In this document: positions 7,605 to 15,898 of the stretch, in pieces
How the letters are laid out: each line of letters begins with the position of its first letter
Numbering within the stretch: the first letter of the stretch is position 1
Assembly: GCA_009782315.1 (NCBI GenBank)
Contig: WRJH01000001.1
Location: forward strand, 1-62,539
Origin: Alphaproteobacteria bacterium
GTDB taxonomy: Bacteria; Pseudomonadota; Alphaproteobacteria; Rs-D84
DNA length: 62,539 bases
Reading direction: 5' to 3'
Notes under the pieces: model-generated
Seen by the model: the letters and a program-made list of their open reading frames with translations, nothing else
Database searches by the model: none
What the model was told of the DNA's origin: nothing
Program-made: the position numbers and the translations under genes

Positions 7605-9197
7605 TGTCCCTATTATTTCTGCGCCCGCGAACAGTTCCAGCGCGCCCGCGACCATCGGGTCGGATGCGGCGTCGTTTTTGGATTTTTCGGCAAGCGTGGG
7701 CGCGTTTTCGGATTCTTGAATTTGTTCCAGATTCCAATTTTTTCCGGTTGCGGTCAAAAGCCATTTGGAAAGTTTCGCCGCGAACGCCTTGTCGGCGCCG
7801 CGGTTAAAAAACTTTATGCGTCCGTCGCTAAATTCCGATACTTCGACATTATTGCTGAATTCCGAAAGCAGTATGGCCTCTTTGGCGGCGGTCAGCGCCG
7901 CGGTCAGGTCGGCCGCAGAATTAATCGTGGTCCGTAGCCCGTTATCCGTAGCCCGTGGAGATTCGGACATCGGCGCGGCGCAATCTGTTGTTTCTGGCGT
8001 TGGTTTTTCTTCCGTTGAATTACGGGTTACGGATGACGGACTGCGGACTGTGTTTTGGTTTTGCGAAATCAAAACGTCGACCGGAGGCATGTCCGCGATA
8101 TGCATCAGGCGCACCACCAGCATGTCGAAACACTGTTTTTGATTCGCGGATTTTTGCATTTCTTCGACCGACGCAACCATAACCTGCCACAGGCGCGACA
8201 ACGTGTTCAGCGTCACGCCGTCTATCGTCCCCAGAATCTGTTCCCGCTGGTCATGCGAAAAAGGCGAAGATGAAACGTCGCCCGCGCGCAGCGCCGGATG
8301 CATGCGCGTCGCCCAGTGCGTCCATTCCATCATGTCCGAAAGCAACAACGATAAATCCGCGCCGCTTTGATAAAGTTCGTCCGCCTTGGAAAGCGCCGCG
8401 CTTGTATCGCCCGACAGCAGAATTTTCATAAAGTCGACGACAACCCCGCGGTCCGCGCGTTTCAGCATGTTCAGCACGGCCGTTCTGTCGACGTTGCCGC
8501 CGGTTTGCGCGATAGCCTGGTCGAACAGCGAAAGGCCGTCGCGCACAGAGCCGTCCGCCGCGCGCGCCAAAAGTTCGTTCGCGTCGCCTTCAAGCGTTAC
8601 CTTTTCGCAGGAAGCAATCCATGCGAAATGTTTTTTCAAGACGTCGACCGGAACGCGGCATAAATCAAACCGCTGGCACCGCGAAAGTATAGTCACCGGG
8701 ACTTTTCTGATTTCCGTCGTGGCCAAGATGAATATGACGTGCGCGGGCGGCTCTTCCAATGTTTTAAGCAGCGCGTTGAACGCGCTGTTCGACAGCATGT
8801 GAACTTCGTCGATTATATAAACCTTGTACCGGCCGTTCGTCGGACGATACTGCGCCGCATCCATAATATCGCGCATATTGTCGACGCCCGTGTGCGACGC
8901 CGCGTCGATTTCCAAAACGTCTATATGCTGGCCCGCCGCAATAGCGTTGCAGTTTTCACAAGTGCCGCACGGCGCGGCCGTCGCCTTGGCCGACGATTGG
9001 CAATTCAAAGCTTTCGCAAGTATTCGCGCGGTCGATGTTTTTCCGGTGCCGCGGATTCCGGTGAATATATACGCGTGCGCTATGCGGTCCGTATTTATTG
9101 CGGTGGTCAGGGTCTTTACCAGAACATCCTGGCCGATAAGCGAATTGAAATCCTGGCTGCGGTATTTCCGCGCAAGCACGGTGTAATTTGCGGACAT
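7599..9197 (-). CDS. dnaX: DNA polymerase III subunit gamma/tau
   Basis: YRSQDFNSLIGQ, Walker A GIRGTGKTS, a Cys4 zinc module CGTCENC, DEVHMLS and a SRC sensor motif. Start set at MSANYTV (9197). Confidence 0.9.
   Translation of the reverse strand: MSANYTVLARKYRSQDFNSLIGQDVLVKTLTTAINTDRIAHAYIFTGIRGTGKTSTARILAKALNCQSSAKATAAPCGTCENCNAIAAGQHIDVLEIDAASHTGVDNMRDIMDAAQYRPTNGRYKVYIIDEVHMLSNSAFNALLKTLEEPPAHVIFILATTEIRKVPVTILSRCQRFDLCRVPVDVLKKHFAWIASCEKVTLEGDANELLARAADGSVRDGLSLFDQAIAQTGGNVDRTAVLNMLKRADRGVVVDFMKILLSGDTSAALSKADELYQSGADLSLLLSDMMEWTHWATRMHPALRAGDVSSSPFSHDQREQILGTIDGVTLNTLSRLWQVMVASVEEMQKSANQKQCFDMLVVRLMHIADMPPVDVLISQNQNTVRSPSSVTRNSTEEKPTPETTDCAAPMSESPRATDNGLRTTINSAADLTAALTAAKEAILLSEFSNNVEVSEFSDGRIKFFNRGADKAFAAKLSKWLLTATGKNWNLEQIQESENAPTLAEKSKNDAASDPMVAGALELFAGAEIIGTN
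7931..8050. repeat. inverted heptamer array (CCGTNNN family) inside dnaX coding sequence
   Basis: Left arm TCCGTAGCCCGTTATCCGTAGCCCGT. Right arm AATTACGGGTTACGGATGACGGACTGCGGACTG. Same unit type as 54692-54819. Spans about 120 nt and is translated as VRSPSSVTRNS...PRATDNGLRTT. Confidence 0.75.
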
Positions 9198-9276
9198 GTT
9201 TTTTCCTGTTTTTCGTCTGAAAAAGGATAGCAAATTTTAATGTATTTGCAATGAAAAAAAAGCTTTCGAGTAAATG

Positions 9277-9400
9277 GGTTAAAATTAATTAGAACAGGCC
9301 AGATACTGCGTATTGCGAAGTTTTTGGCGACGGAGTGTATTGGATATACATAACAGAGCCAAAAACGAGCAAACGCAAAGTAGATGGTGTGTTATAATTT
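9277..9400. repeat. R4 repeat, copy 1
   Basis: CAGATACTGCGTATTGCGAAGTTTTTGGCGACGGAGTGTA...GAGCCAAAAACGAGCAAACG(C/T)AAAGTAGATGG recurs as the reverse complement at 29001-29120, including the AT-rich flank GGT(T)AAAA(A)TTAATTAGAA. Confidence 0.75.
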
Positions 9401-11906
9401 ATTTTAATGGCGGGAAGCAGTCGCCGCCGGACATAGGACAGCAATTCCATCCCTGTTCCGCCATGTCGGTTAAAACTTCGCCAGTGCAGCAGCCCTGGCC
9501 GTCGGGCGGCGTGCCGTCTTCACAGAACAATCCCGGGGCCGTCGGCACAGACGGCATACCCGACTGCGGCGTCGGTATCTGCGCGGCCGGCGGATTGAAC
9601 GGATTTTGAATCTGGTTGTTCTGGTACTGCAGCCCCAGGACATTCTGGTTATAATCCTGTGTATATATCGGCTGGCCGGTGGTCGGATTATATCCGGTCA
9701 CATTGCCAACCCCCATTTGTTGCTGTTGATTATAGTACTGGTCCCAGCGGACGTTGTTTATCGCGTTGTATTGCTTTGTTTGGCAATAATATATAACGGT
9801 GCGATAATCTATGCCCAGCGTGCGCGCCTCGCTGTGGGCGTTCGCCGTCGGTTGGCCCGGGTTGCTCGGGTCGCAGAATTTTTCCATCTGGACGTTCAGC
9901 GAACGCACCTGTCCCATCCATTCCGATATGTCGGTGGTCGGCGTCAATGTCGTCGTGGGCTTCGTGGTGTCTGTAAGATTATCAGGGAGATAATCCGCAT
10001 ATTCCTTGCTGTATTCGGAAATGGCGCAACTGCGGGTATCCCCAGATTCTTGGGTGCCGCATGTCACAATCAAATCCGTAGGCGAAAACACCGTTATGCG
10101 CGTTCCGGCCGCGATTGAAAACGGCGGAGTGGTATTGTCCATCATATCCAGAACCAATCGCTGTACAACATTGTTCCATGTCGATATGATTTCTTGTTTG
10201 GCAAGTTCCGACGACCGGACCTGGCCCGATTGTGTCACCGTATTGTTATCCAAATCTATCTGGTTCACGAATCTGTCCGATATCGGCGCAATCAGATTGA
10301 CCGCCGCCGGGACCAATGCCGTCATCATCGGCATAATCATGCTTTCGATATAATCCGTGCTGCCCCGGCCGGGGACGCCAACGCGGCCCTGGCTGTCCGC
10401 CGAGAAAGGACGACGACTGACAAAGTTGAATTCAACGCCGTCCGGACGGACAAACCGGTACCAATCGATTTGCATGCGGCCGATGGCGCGGTACGGTCCG
10501 GGCAATTCGCCCGTCGCATAGCCCAACAATTGCGTTCCGGCGGGCAATATGATTGTCCGGCCGTTATCGGAATAAACATGGCGGTCGACGGTCGCCGTAA
10601 CGGGCAGGCGCGCATATCCCTTTTCAATTGTCCGCGCGTCCGCGCGAACTTCGTTGACAATCGTCGCGGGTATGGGTTTATATTGGCGCAGGACAAACTG
10701 GCGGTCCGTCGGTTTGCTGGATACGGTCGACGCGGCGCTTGTGCCTGTTGTGCTGGCCAGCGATGTTGGGCCGAAAGTGGCGTCGGACGGCGCCGCATCG
10801 CGCAGGCCCCCAAAAGGACGCATGCCGCCGCCGGATGCCGCCGGTCCCGCGACCACGGTCGAAGGCAATTGGCCGTTTATCTGGCGCGCGCGATTCACCG
10901 TGCGCGGTGCGCGCGGTATGCTGGAAAGTTGCGGCATAATGGTTGTTGTCGGGCCGAACGCGCGTCCGCCGATGCGTTCCGCGTCCGAACCGATAGATTT
11001 GGACGGGTTTTGCAAATCATATATAAGACCAGTGTTCATGTCGTATTCGCCGACGGGCTTTTTGCAATCATAGTCGTCGAAAAGATGGAACAGAAAGCGT
11101 CCGCCGGCGGGTCGCACCCAGCCGGACTGTCGGCCTGATAAATCATATCCGGGGAACGCGAATTCAAGACAATCGTATGATACCGGTGCCGCGGGCGCGG
11201 GCACTGGCATTGGCGCAGGCACCGACATCGGTGGTGGCGGCGTATAATCCGCCGCCTGGTCGGGAAAGAAATCCAGATCCGGCAAAACCGGTTCGAATTC
11301 ATCCGCAAAATCTGGCGTGTCGTCAAAAAAGACGGGCGCGGGCATTGGCGCAGGTTCCGATTTAACGTCTTTTGCCTTTGCGGAAATCAATAAAGGAATG
11401 CGCGCCATATCGGACATGTCCGCCGGAATATCCGCGCCGTGATATATTATTTGGATTTCAAGTCCCGTGTCCGAAATCGGCGCGTCTGGTTTCCAGGAAA
11501 GGGTTATGGCGCACGGTTCCGTCTGTGAAACGGGACCCACGGTCGTGCAAAAGGATTTCTGCGACAGCCCAGCCGGCAACGCATCGCCCGCGCCGGAATT
11601 CTTTGCATTCGGCACAATCAAAACTTCGCGGATAATGGTTTCGGCCGAAGGCGTCACATTTATAGTCTGGGTGCGTTCGTCCCCGACCGCGACGTTTCGC
11701 CATTCTATTTCGGCCGGGTCCAGCGACAGCACGACAGCACCGGCGGCCTTACCGCCCGTTGTCTGTTTACCGGGGCCCGACAGTAAAAGTAAAAGCAGAA
11801 TCACAACAACCAAAAACGCGGCAAACAAAAACAGCCACTGTATGTGAACAGGGGTGTTTTGTCTTAATTCTACGAAAACTTGTTTTAACTTTTTCATTTT
11901 TATCAA
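9399..11906 (-). CDS. virB10: VirB10/TrbI-family type IV secretion protein with long N- and C-terminal extensions
   Basis: N-terminal TM, Pro-rich region, then a TrbI/VirB10 core (VTATVDRHVYSDNGRTIILPAGTQLLGY...IGRMQIDWYRFVRPDGVEFN...DSQGRVGVPG...AAGTRITVF). About 223 extra C-terminal residues. Confidence 0.8.
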   Translation of the reverse strand: MIKMKKLKQVFVELRQNTPVHIQWLFLFAAFLVVVILLLLLLSGPGKQTTGGKAAGAVVLSLDPAEIEWRNVAVGDERTQTINVTPSAETIIREVLIVPNAKNSGAGDALPAGLSQKSFCTTVGPVSQTEPCAITLSWKPDAPISDTGLEIQIIYHGADIPADMSDMARIPLLISAKAKDVKSEPAPMPAPVFFDDTPDFADEFEPVLPDLDFFPDQAADYTPPPPMSVPAPMPVPAPAAPVSYDCLEFAFPGYDLSGRQSGWVRPAGGRFLFHLFDDYDCKKPVGEYDMNTGLIYDLQNPSKSIGSDAERIGGRAFGPTTTIMPQLSSIPRAPRTVNRARQINGQLPSTVVAGPAASGGGMRPFGGLRDAAPSDATFGPTSLASTTGTSAASTVSSKPTDRQFVLRQYKPIPATIVNEVRADARTIEKGYARLPVTATVDRHVYSDNGRTIILPAGTQLLGYATGELPGPYRAIGRMQIDWYRFVRPDGVEFNFVSRRPFSADSQGRVGVPGRGSTDYIESMIMPMMTALVPAAVNLIAPISDRFVNQIDLDNNTVTQSGQVRSSELAKQEIISTWNNVVQRLVLDMMDNTTPPFSIAAGTRITVFSPTDLIVTCGTQESGDTRSCAISEYSKEYADYLPDNLTDTTKPTTTLTPTTDISEWMGQVRSLNVQMEKFCDPSNPGQPTANAHSEARTLGIDYRTVIYYCQTKQYNAINNVRWDQYYNQQQQMGVGNVTGYNPTTGQPIYTQDYNQNVLGLQYQNNQIQNPFNPPAAQIPTPQSGMPSVPTAPGLFCEDGTPPDGQGCCTGEVLTDMAEQGWNCCPMSGGDCFPPLK

Positions 11907-11972
11907 TCGTTAGTCGCTAGTCGATAGTCGTTAGAGAAGTCTTTTGACTGTTGACTATCGACTTTCGACTTA
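11907..11972. repeat. inverted heptamer array (AGTCNNN family)
   Basis: TCGTTAGTCGCTAGTCGATAGTCGTTAG / GACTGTTGACTATCGACTTTCGACTTA. Fills the virB9-virB10 spacer. Confidence 0.8.
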
Positions 11973-13472
11973 TTGCACCCTTACCACATGGCATGCGCCG
12001 GTTTGGAATTTCTGCAATTTGTCGCACAGCGTCTGGGCGTCGGTTATATTCGCGAACGGCCCGATGCGCAGACGGTAAAGGCGCGCGGTGTTTCCGGATT
12101 CGCCCAAATCGCCCACGCCCTGTTCGTCGACCGCAAAGAACACCATGTCTTTGTATGGCGCAAGCAGGCCCGCGCCGTCAGTGCCGCTGAACTGGGCCAG
12201 CAGTTTCGTCCAATGGTCGTTAAGCGCCTTTATCGACGGGTCGGATTTAAGTTCGACCGCAACGCCTGTCTGGTTACTGCGTATCAGGGGGATGTTGCTT
12301 TGCGGCAAGAATGCGCCCGCAGTATTGCGATTTTGCGGAACCATGTTCATGCCCTGGCCACCCTGTGCCGGCGCGCCGCCGAAACCGGGCTGTCCAGCTG
12401 GAACCATCATCGGTTGCGGTTGCTGCATCATCATGGGTTGACCCGGCATCATCATCGGCTGTCCGGTCGGACCAATCAAAGGCATTCCGCCGTATCCCAC
12501 GTTGTTGAACGACTGGGTAGAGAATATGCTTTGCGCGACGTTCGCTTCGGCCAATGACATCACCGACGCCGTGTCCGCAATCAGGAACGGTTTCGCGCGC
12601 TGTTTTATGCAGACTATGCGCTGGCCGCTGCGCAGGACCATGTCGCCCACCGCTTCGACAATCAACAGGCGACCGTGTTCGCCGTCCGTTCTGAATCCGA
12701 CCGGGCTTTCGCCCCCTTCGATTAATATCGACACAACCGGGCGCTGGGTCATCGCGATAACCTTGTCCCCGAAATCAATGTACGTGAATATCCGGTCGCG
12801 CCACACGCGTTCCGGCGCAATAACGTAATCGTCCGGATTCGGCACGAATATATCCAAATCAAACCGGAATTCGGACGGGTCGATTTTCATCGTTTTTATC
12901 CATCCGTAATCTTCGCCGTCCGGCGATGATACGCGGCCCCCCGCGGCGCCCCGGCCCGGGAATATGGAATTCATGCCGCCGCCCTGTGTAGTCGCGCCCG
13001 CGCCGCCCATGGGCAGCGAAGCGTTGTTGTCCAGAACGATGTCAACCATCGTGTATGTTATTTCCGACGCGTTGGCCGGTTCGCTGCGCAGATAAAACAG
13101 ATATATGTTTCCGGATTTGCCGGTGATGATAAGATTTGTGTCGGAACCCTGGTTTGTGGTTTCAGGCGTCAGCATGATTGTGCGACCGCCTTTTTGCGCG
13201 TCGAATACGAACAGGCCGGTGCTGCCGATAGTTCCGTCTTCAATGGCTTCACCCGCGGGCAGGTTAATCATCGTGACCATTCCGTTGCGAAGACGTATAG
13301 GCAGGACCGTGCCCGGACTCCACGTCAATTGGGCGAATCCGGGTCGCACGGAACCGGGCGCCATGTTGACATTCGGATTGTCCCACGCCTCTTGCACGCC
13401 CTGGGCGCGCGCGTTTTGCAGGAACGCAAAACAGAACATTGGGAATAGGGCATAGAGCATAAGTTTTTTCAT
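11970..13472 (-). CDS. virB9: VirB9/TrbG/CagX-family protein fused to a C-terminal SPOR domain
   Basis: Signal peptide MKKLMLYALFPMFCFAFLQNARA. VirB9-like N domain (PIRLRNGMVTMINLP...GKSGNIYLFYL). Met/Pro/Gln-rich linker. C-terminal LYRLRIGPFANITDAQTLCDKLQKFQTGACHVVRV matches the SPOR pattern. Confidence 0.7.
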   Translation of the reverse strand: MKKLMLYALFPMFCFAFLQNARAQGVQEAWDNPNVNMAPGSVRPGFAQLTWSPGTVLPIRLRNGMVTMINLPAGEAIEDGTIGSTGLFVFDAQKGGRTIMLTPETTNQGSDTNLIITGKSGNIYLFYLRSEPANASEITYTMVDIVLDNNASLPMGGAGATTQGGGMNSIFPGRGAAGGRVSSPDGEDYGWIKTMKIDPSEFRFDLDIFVPNPDDYVIAPERVWRDRIFTYIDFGDKVIAMTQRPVVSILIEGGESPVGFRTDGEHGRLLIVEAVGDMVLRSGQRIVCIKQRAKPFLIADTASVMSLAEANVAQSIFSTQSFNNVGYGGMPLIGPTGQPMMMPGQPMMMQQPQPMMVPAGQPGFGGAPAQGGQGMNMVPQNRNTAGAFLPQSNIPLIRSNQTGVAVELKSDPSIKALNDHWTKLLAQFSGTDGAGLLAPYKDMVFFAVDEQGVGDLGESGNTARLYRLRIGPFANITDAQTLCDKLQKFQTGACHVVRVQ

Positions 13473-13490
13473 AACTGTTCCTTTAACAAA

Positions 13491-14243
13491 CTAGTTCGCA
13501 CGATGGCGATCCAAAGGATCGCGCAGGCCGGGTCCCATGCGGTATTGATACACCAGTATGCCCAGCGGGTTTTCCAACCGGTCGGACCATTTTACCGACG
13601 GCTGAAATTTAATTCCTATGACGATTGTATAATCTTTTGACTCTTCATGTCCAGCATTATCGAAACAAAAATGACGAAACCGGACCAGGTGTTCCGAAGA
13701 CATCGTATCGTCGCCACCGTCCGCCGGACGGTACGGGTCAATGTTCCCGATAAATTCCACCCGGCATGTCGCGGGGAAGGTTTCGTTCGGGGCGGCCTCC
13801 ATAACCGCCAGCCACATTCCCGTCCGCGCGAATTCGGCGAAAACATCCGGCGCGGACCACAGACCCACCGGGCAGTCGCGCCGGCACCAGCGCGCATGCA
13901 TCGCGCTGATTTGCGGTATTATTTCGTTCCGCATGCGTATGTATTCCCGTATGAAATTTTCCTTGTAAATTTCGATGTTCGAATCCGTTACGGAAAACGA
14001 TTTCAAACGGATTTCGGTGTTCGACAACGGCTGTGACGTCAGAAAGAAAATCTGGGTTCTGTTCAGCGGCATAATGTTGGCCAAAGTCGCGACCAGAACG
14101 ACCGCCGTCGCAAGCGCGGCCGCAAAGACAAATGTCATGATTTTGGACATCAATGCCGGTGGTTCCACTGTTCGCATAATCTCTCTCTTGATTATACGGC
14201 ATATTAGACAAAAAATATAAGGCGGCGCAAGTGGTTTTTTCAA
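13491..14243 (-). CDS. virB8: VirB8-family type IV secretion protein
   Basis: Single TM (FVFAAALATAVVLVATLANI), then a periplasmic domain with IEIYKENFIREYIRMRNEI and the C-terminal ENPLGILVYQYR motif. The start is uncertain (alternative Met at 14177). Confidence 0.75.
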   Translation of the reverse strand: MKKPLAPPYIFCLICRIIKREIMRTVEPPALMSKIMTFVFAAALATAVVLVATLANIMPLNRTQIFFLTSQPLSNTEIRLKSFSVTDSNIEIYKENFIREYIRMRNEIIPQISAMHARWCRRDCPVGLWSAPDVFAEFARTGMWLAVMEAAPNETFPATCRVEFIGNIDPYRPADGGDDTMSSEHLVRFRHFCFDNAGHEESKDYTIVIGIKFQPSVKWSDRLENPLGILVYQYRMGPGLRDPLDRHRAN

Positions 14244-14346
14244 CTAACAACTAACAGCTAACAACTAACAGCTGGAAAAATAACAAAAATTATATGACTT
14301 GTGAGCGTAGTGAACGCAAAAGTTGTTAGTTGTTAGCTGTTAGTTG
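14241..14346. repeat. inverted heptamer array (CTAACAA/CTAACAG)
   Basis: CAACTAACAACTAACAGCTAACAACTAACAGC ... GTTGTTAGTTGTTAGCTGTTAGTTG, with a spacer of about 49 nt. Confidence 0.85.
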
Positions 14347-14474
14347 TTTTTTTACTTTACACGCCTATTATTAATGTTTTATACTACTTTCCACTTGATT
14401 TTTGGAAAATGTGTGGTACCGTGCGCGGGATTATAGCGGGGTGAAATGGTAAAATCACACAAAAACAAAGATTT

Positions 14475-14548
14475 AGGGGCGTAGTTCAACGGTAGAATAG
14501 AGGTCTCCAAAACCTTTGGTGAGGGTTCGATTCCTTCCGCCCCTGCCA
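14475..14548 (+). tRNA. tRNA-Trp (CCA)
   Basis: Acceptor AGGGGCG/CGCCCCT, anticodon loop CTCCAAA, T-arm GGTTCGATTCC, encoded CCA. Classical position upstream of secE-nusG. Confidence 0.9.
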
Positions 14549-14568
14549 CAATAAAAAAGAACAATAGA

Positions 14569-14748
14569 ATGAAGCAATTATTCGAATATATAAAATCAGT
14601 CCGCCTGGAATGGTTCAAAATAGTATGGCCGACGCGCGATATGGTTATTCGCGCCACCATCATGATTTTTATATTCGCCGGGCTGTTGTCGCTGTTTCTG
14701 TTCTTTATAGACGGCATATTGAATTGGTTTATGGGATTGATATTCTAA
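14569..14748 (+). CDS. secE: preprotein translocase subunit SecE (59 aa, below the ORF-track cutoff)
   Basis: Hand translation: MKQLFEYIKSVRLEWFKIVWPTRDMVIRATIMIFIFAGLLSLFLFFIDGILNWFMGLIF. It has the conserved E..KV.WP.R motif and one TM, between tRNA-Trp and nusG. Confidence 0.85.
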   Translation: MKQLFEYIKSVRLEWFKIVWPTRDMVIRATIMIFIFAGLLSLFLFFIDGILNWFMGLIF

Positions 14749-14761
14749 ACGGAGAGCGCAA

Positions 14762-15280
14762 ATGAACTGGTACATAGTCAATGTTCATACGGGTTGTGAA
14801 AACAAGGTTGCAAAAGAGCTGCGCGAGAAAATCGACGTCGCGAAGCTGAATCCTTTGTTCGGCGAAATACTGGTGCCCACGCGCGAAATAACCGAAATCA
14901 AAGCGGGAAAACGCGTCAAGACCGAAAAGAAGTTTTTCCCAGGCTATATCGTCGTCCAGATGACCATGACCGACGAAACGTTCAGCCTGGTGAAACTGCT
15001 GCCCCAGGTCGTCATGTTTCTGGGCCAAAAAAACAAACCGGTTCCGATTTCCGAAGTCGAGGCGCGACGTCTGATGAAACAGATGGAAGAAGGTCCCGCC
15101 ATGTCGGATGCGGAATACGAAGTCGGACAGGAAATACACATCATCGACGGGCCGTTCGCAAATTTCAACGGCATCGCGTCGGAGGTCGACAACCTGAAAC
15201 AAAAAATGACCGTCACGGTTCTGGTATTCGGACGTGAAACATCGGTCGGGCTGGATTTCAGCCAGGTGGAGAAAGTTTAG
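14762..15280 (+). CDS. nusG: transcription termination/antitermination factor NusG
   Basis: 172 aa. WY.V....G.E NGN domain, FPGYI.V motif, C-terminal KOW (GPFANFNGIASEVD). Confidence 0.9.
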   Translation: MNWYIVNVHTGCENKVAKELREKIDVAKLNPLFGEILVPTREITEIKAGKRVKTEKKFFPGYIVVQMTMTDETFSLVKLLPQVVMFLGQKNKPVPISEVEARRLMKQMEEGPAMSDAEYEVGQEIHIIDGPFANFNGIASEVDNLKQKMTVTVLVFGRETSVGLDFSQVEKV

Positions 15281-15305
15281 CAAATTTTGCAAAGCAAAAT
15301 TTGCA

Positions 15306-15445
15306 AGGCATAGGGCATAAGGCATATGGCATAATGTTCTATGTTTGAAGAATGTGGTAGATACGCCATATCGCACCACGTCGCAACAATAGCATAAGAA
15401 ATTTGGGTTCGGCTTTATGCCTTATGCCTTATGCCTTATGCCTTA
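15306..15445. repeat. inverted heptamer array (GCATARG family) in the nusG-rplK spacer
   Basis: AGGCATAGGGCATAAGGCATATGGCATA ... TTATGCCTTATGCCTTATGCCTTATGCCTTA, with a spacer of about 82 nt. Confidence 0.8.
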
Positions 15446-15462
15446 TACAACGGAGTTGTAAA

Positions 15463-15894
15463 ATGGCAAAGAAAGAAGTAAAGGGATACGTCAAACTGGT
15501 CGTTCCCGCAAAACAGGCAAACCCCGCGCCGCCAATCGGCCCCGCGCTGGGCGCGAACGGCGTCAATATCGCCGAATTCTGCAAACAGTTTAACGACGCG
15601 ACAAAAGACAAGGAAGCGGGCATGCCCATTCCGTGCATCATCACGGTCTATACCGACCGCAGTTTCGAATTCATCATGAAATTGCCGCCGGTGTCGTTCT
15701 TTATAAAGAAAGCGCTGGGCGCGAAATCCGGTTCTAAAAAAGCCGGCCGCGAATTTGTCGGAACTCTTTCCGAAGCGCAAGTTCGTAAAATCGCCGAAGA
15801 AAAAATGCCGGACCTGAACACGGATTCGGTGGACGCCGCGGCGAATATCGTCGCCGGACAATGCCGCTCTATGGGCGTAAAGGTAGAGGGGTAA
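15463..15894 (+). CDS. rplK: 50S ribosomal protein L11
   Basis: MAKKEVKGYVKLVVPAKQANPAPPIGPALG..GVNI..FCK.FN is the canonical L11 N-terminus. Confidence 0.92.
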   Translation: MAKKEVKGYVKLVVPAKQANPAPPIGPALGANGVNIAEFCKQFNDATKDKEAGMPIPCIITVYTDRSFEFIMKLPPVSFFIKKALGAKSGSKKAGREFVGTLSEAQVRKIAEEKMPDLNTDSVDAAANIVAGQCRSMGVKVEG

Positions 15895-15898
15895 TATT

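Noticed and set aside
7599-9197. Programmed -1 frameshift site for gamma/tau production in dnaX.
   Set aside because: The only A-run I saw (GAAAAAAC near 8631-8640) is not in X XXY YYZ register and lies too far upstream in the protein. No supported slippery site plus stem-loop was found by eye.
9198-9398. SRP (4.5S/ffs) RNA, which is often found immediately upstream of dnaX.
   Set aside because: I could not find the conserved helix-8 motif (GGAAG..AGCAGC-type) on either strand. The region is instead occupied by the R4 repeat, which also occurs at 29001-29120.
14379-14717. 112-aa minus-strand ORF spanning tRNA-Trp and secE.
   Set aside because: It overlaps a well-supported tRNA and the secE CDS on the opposite strand.
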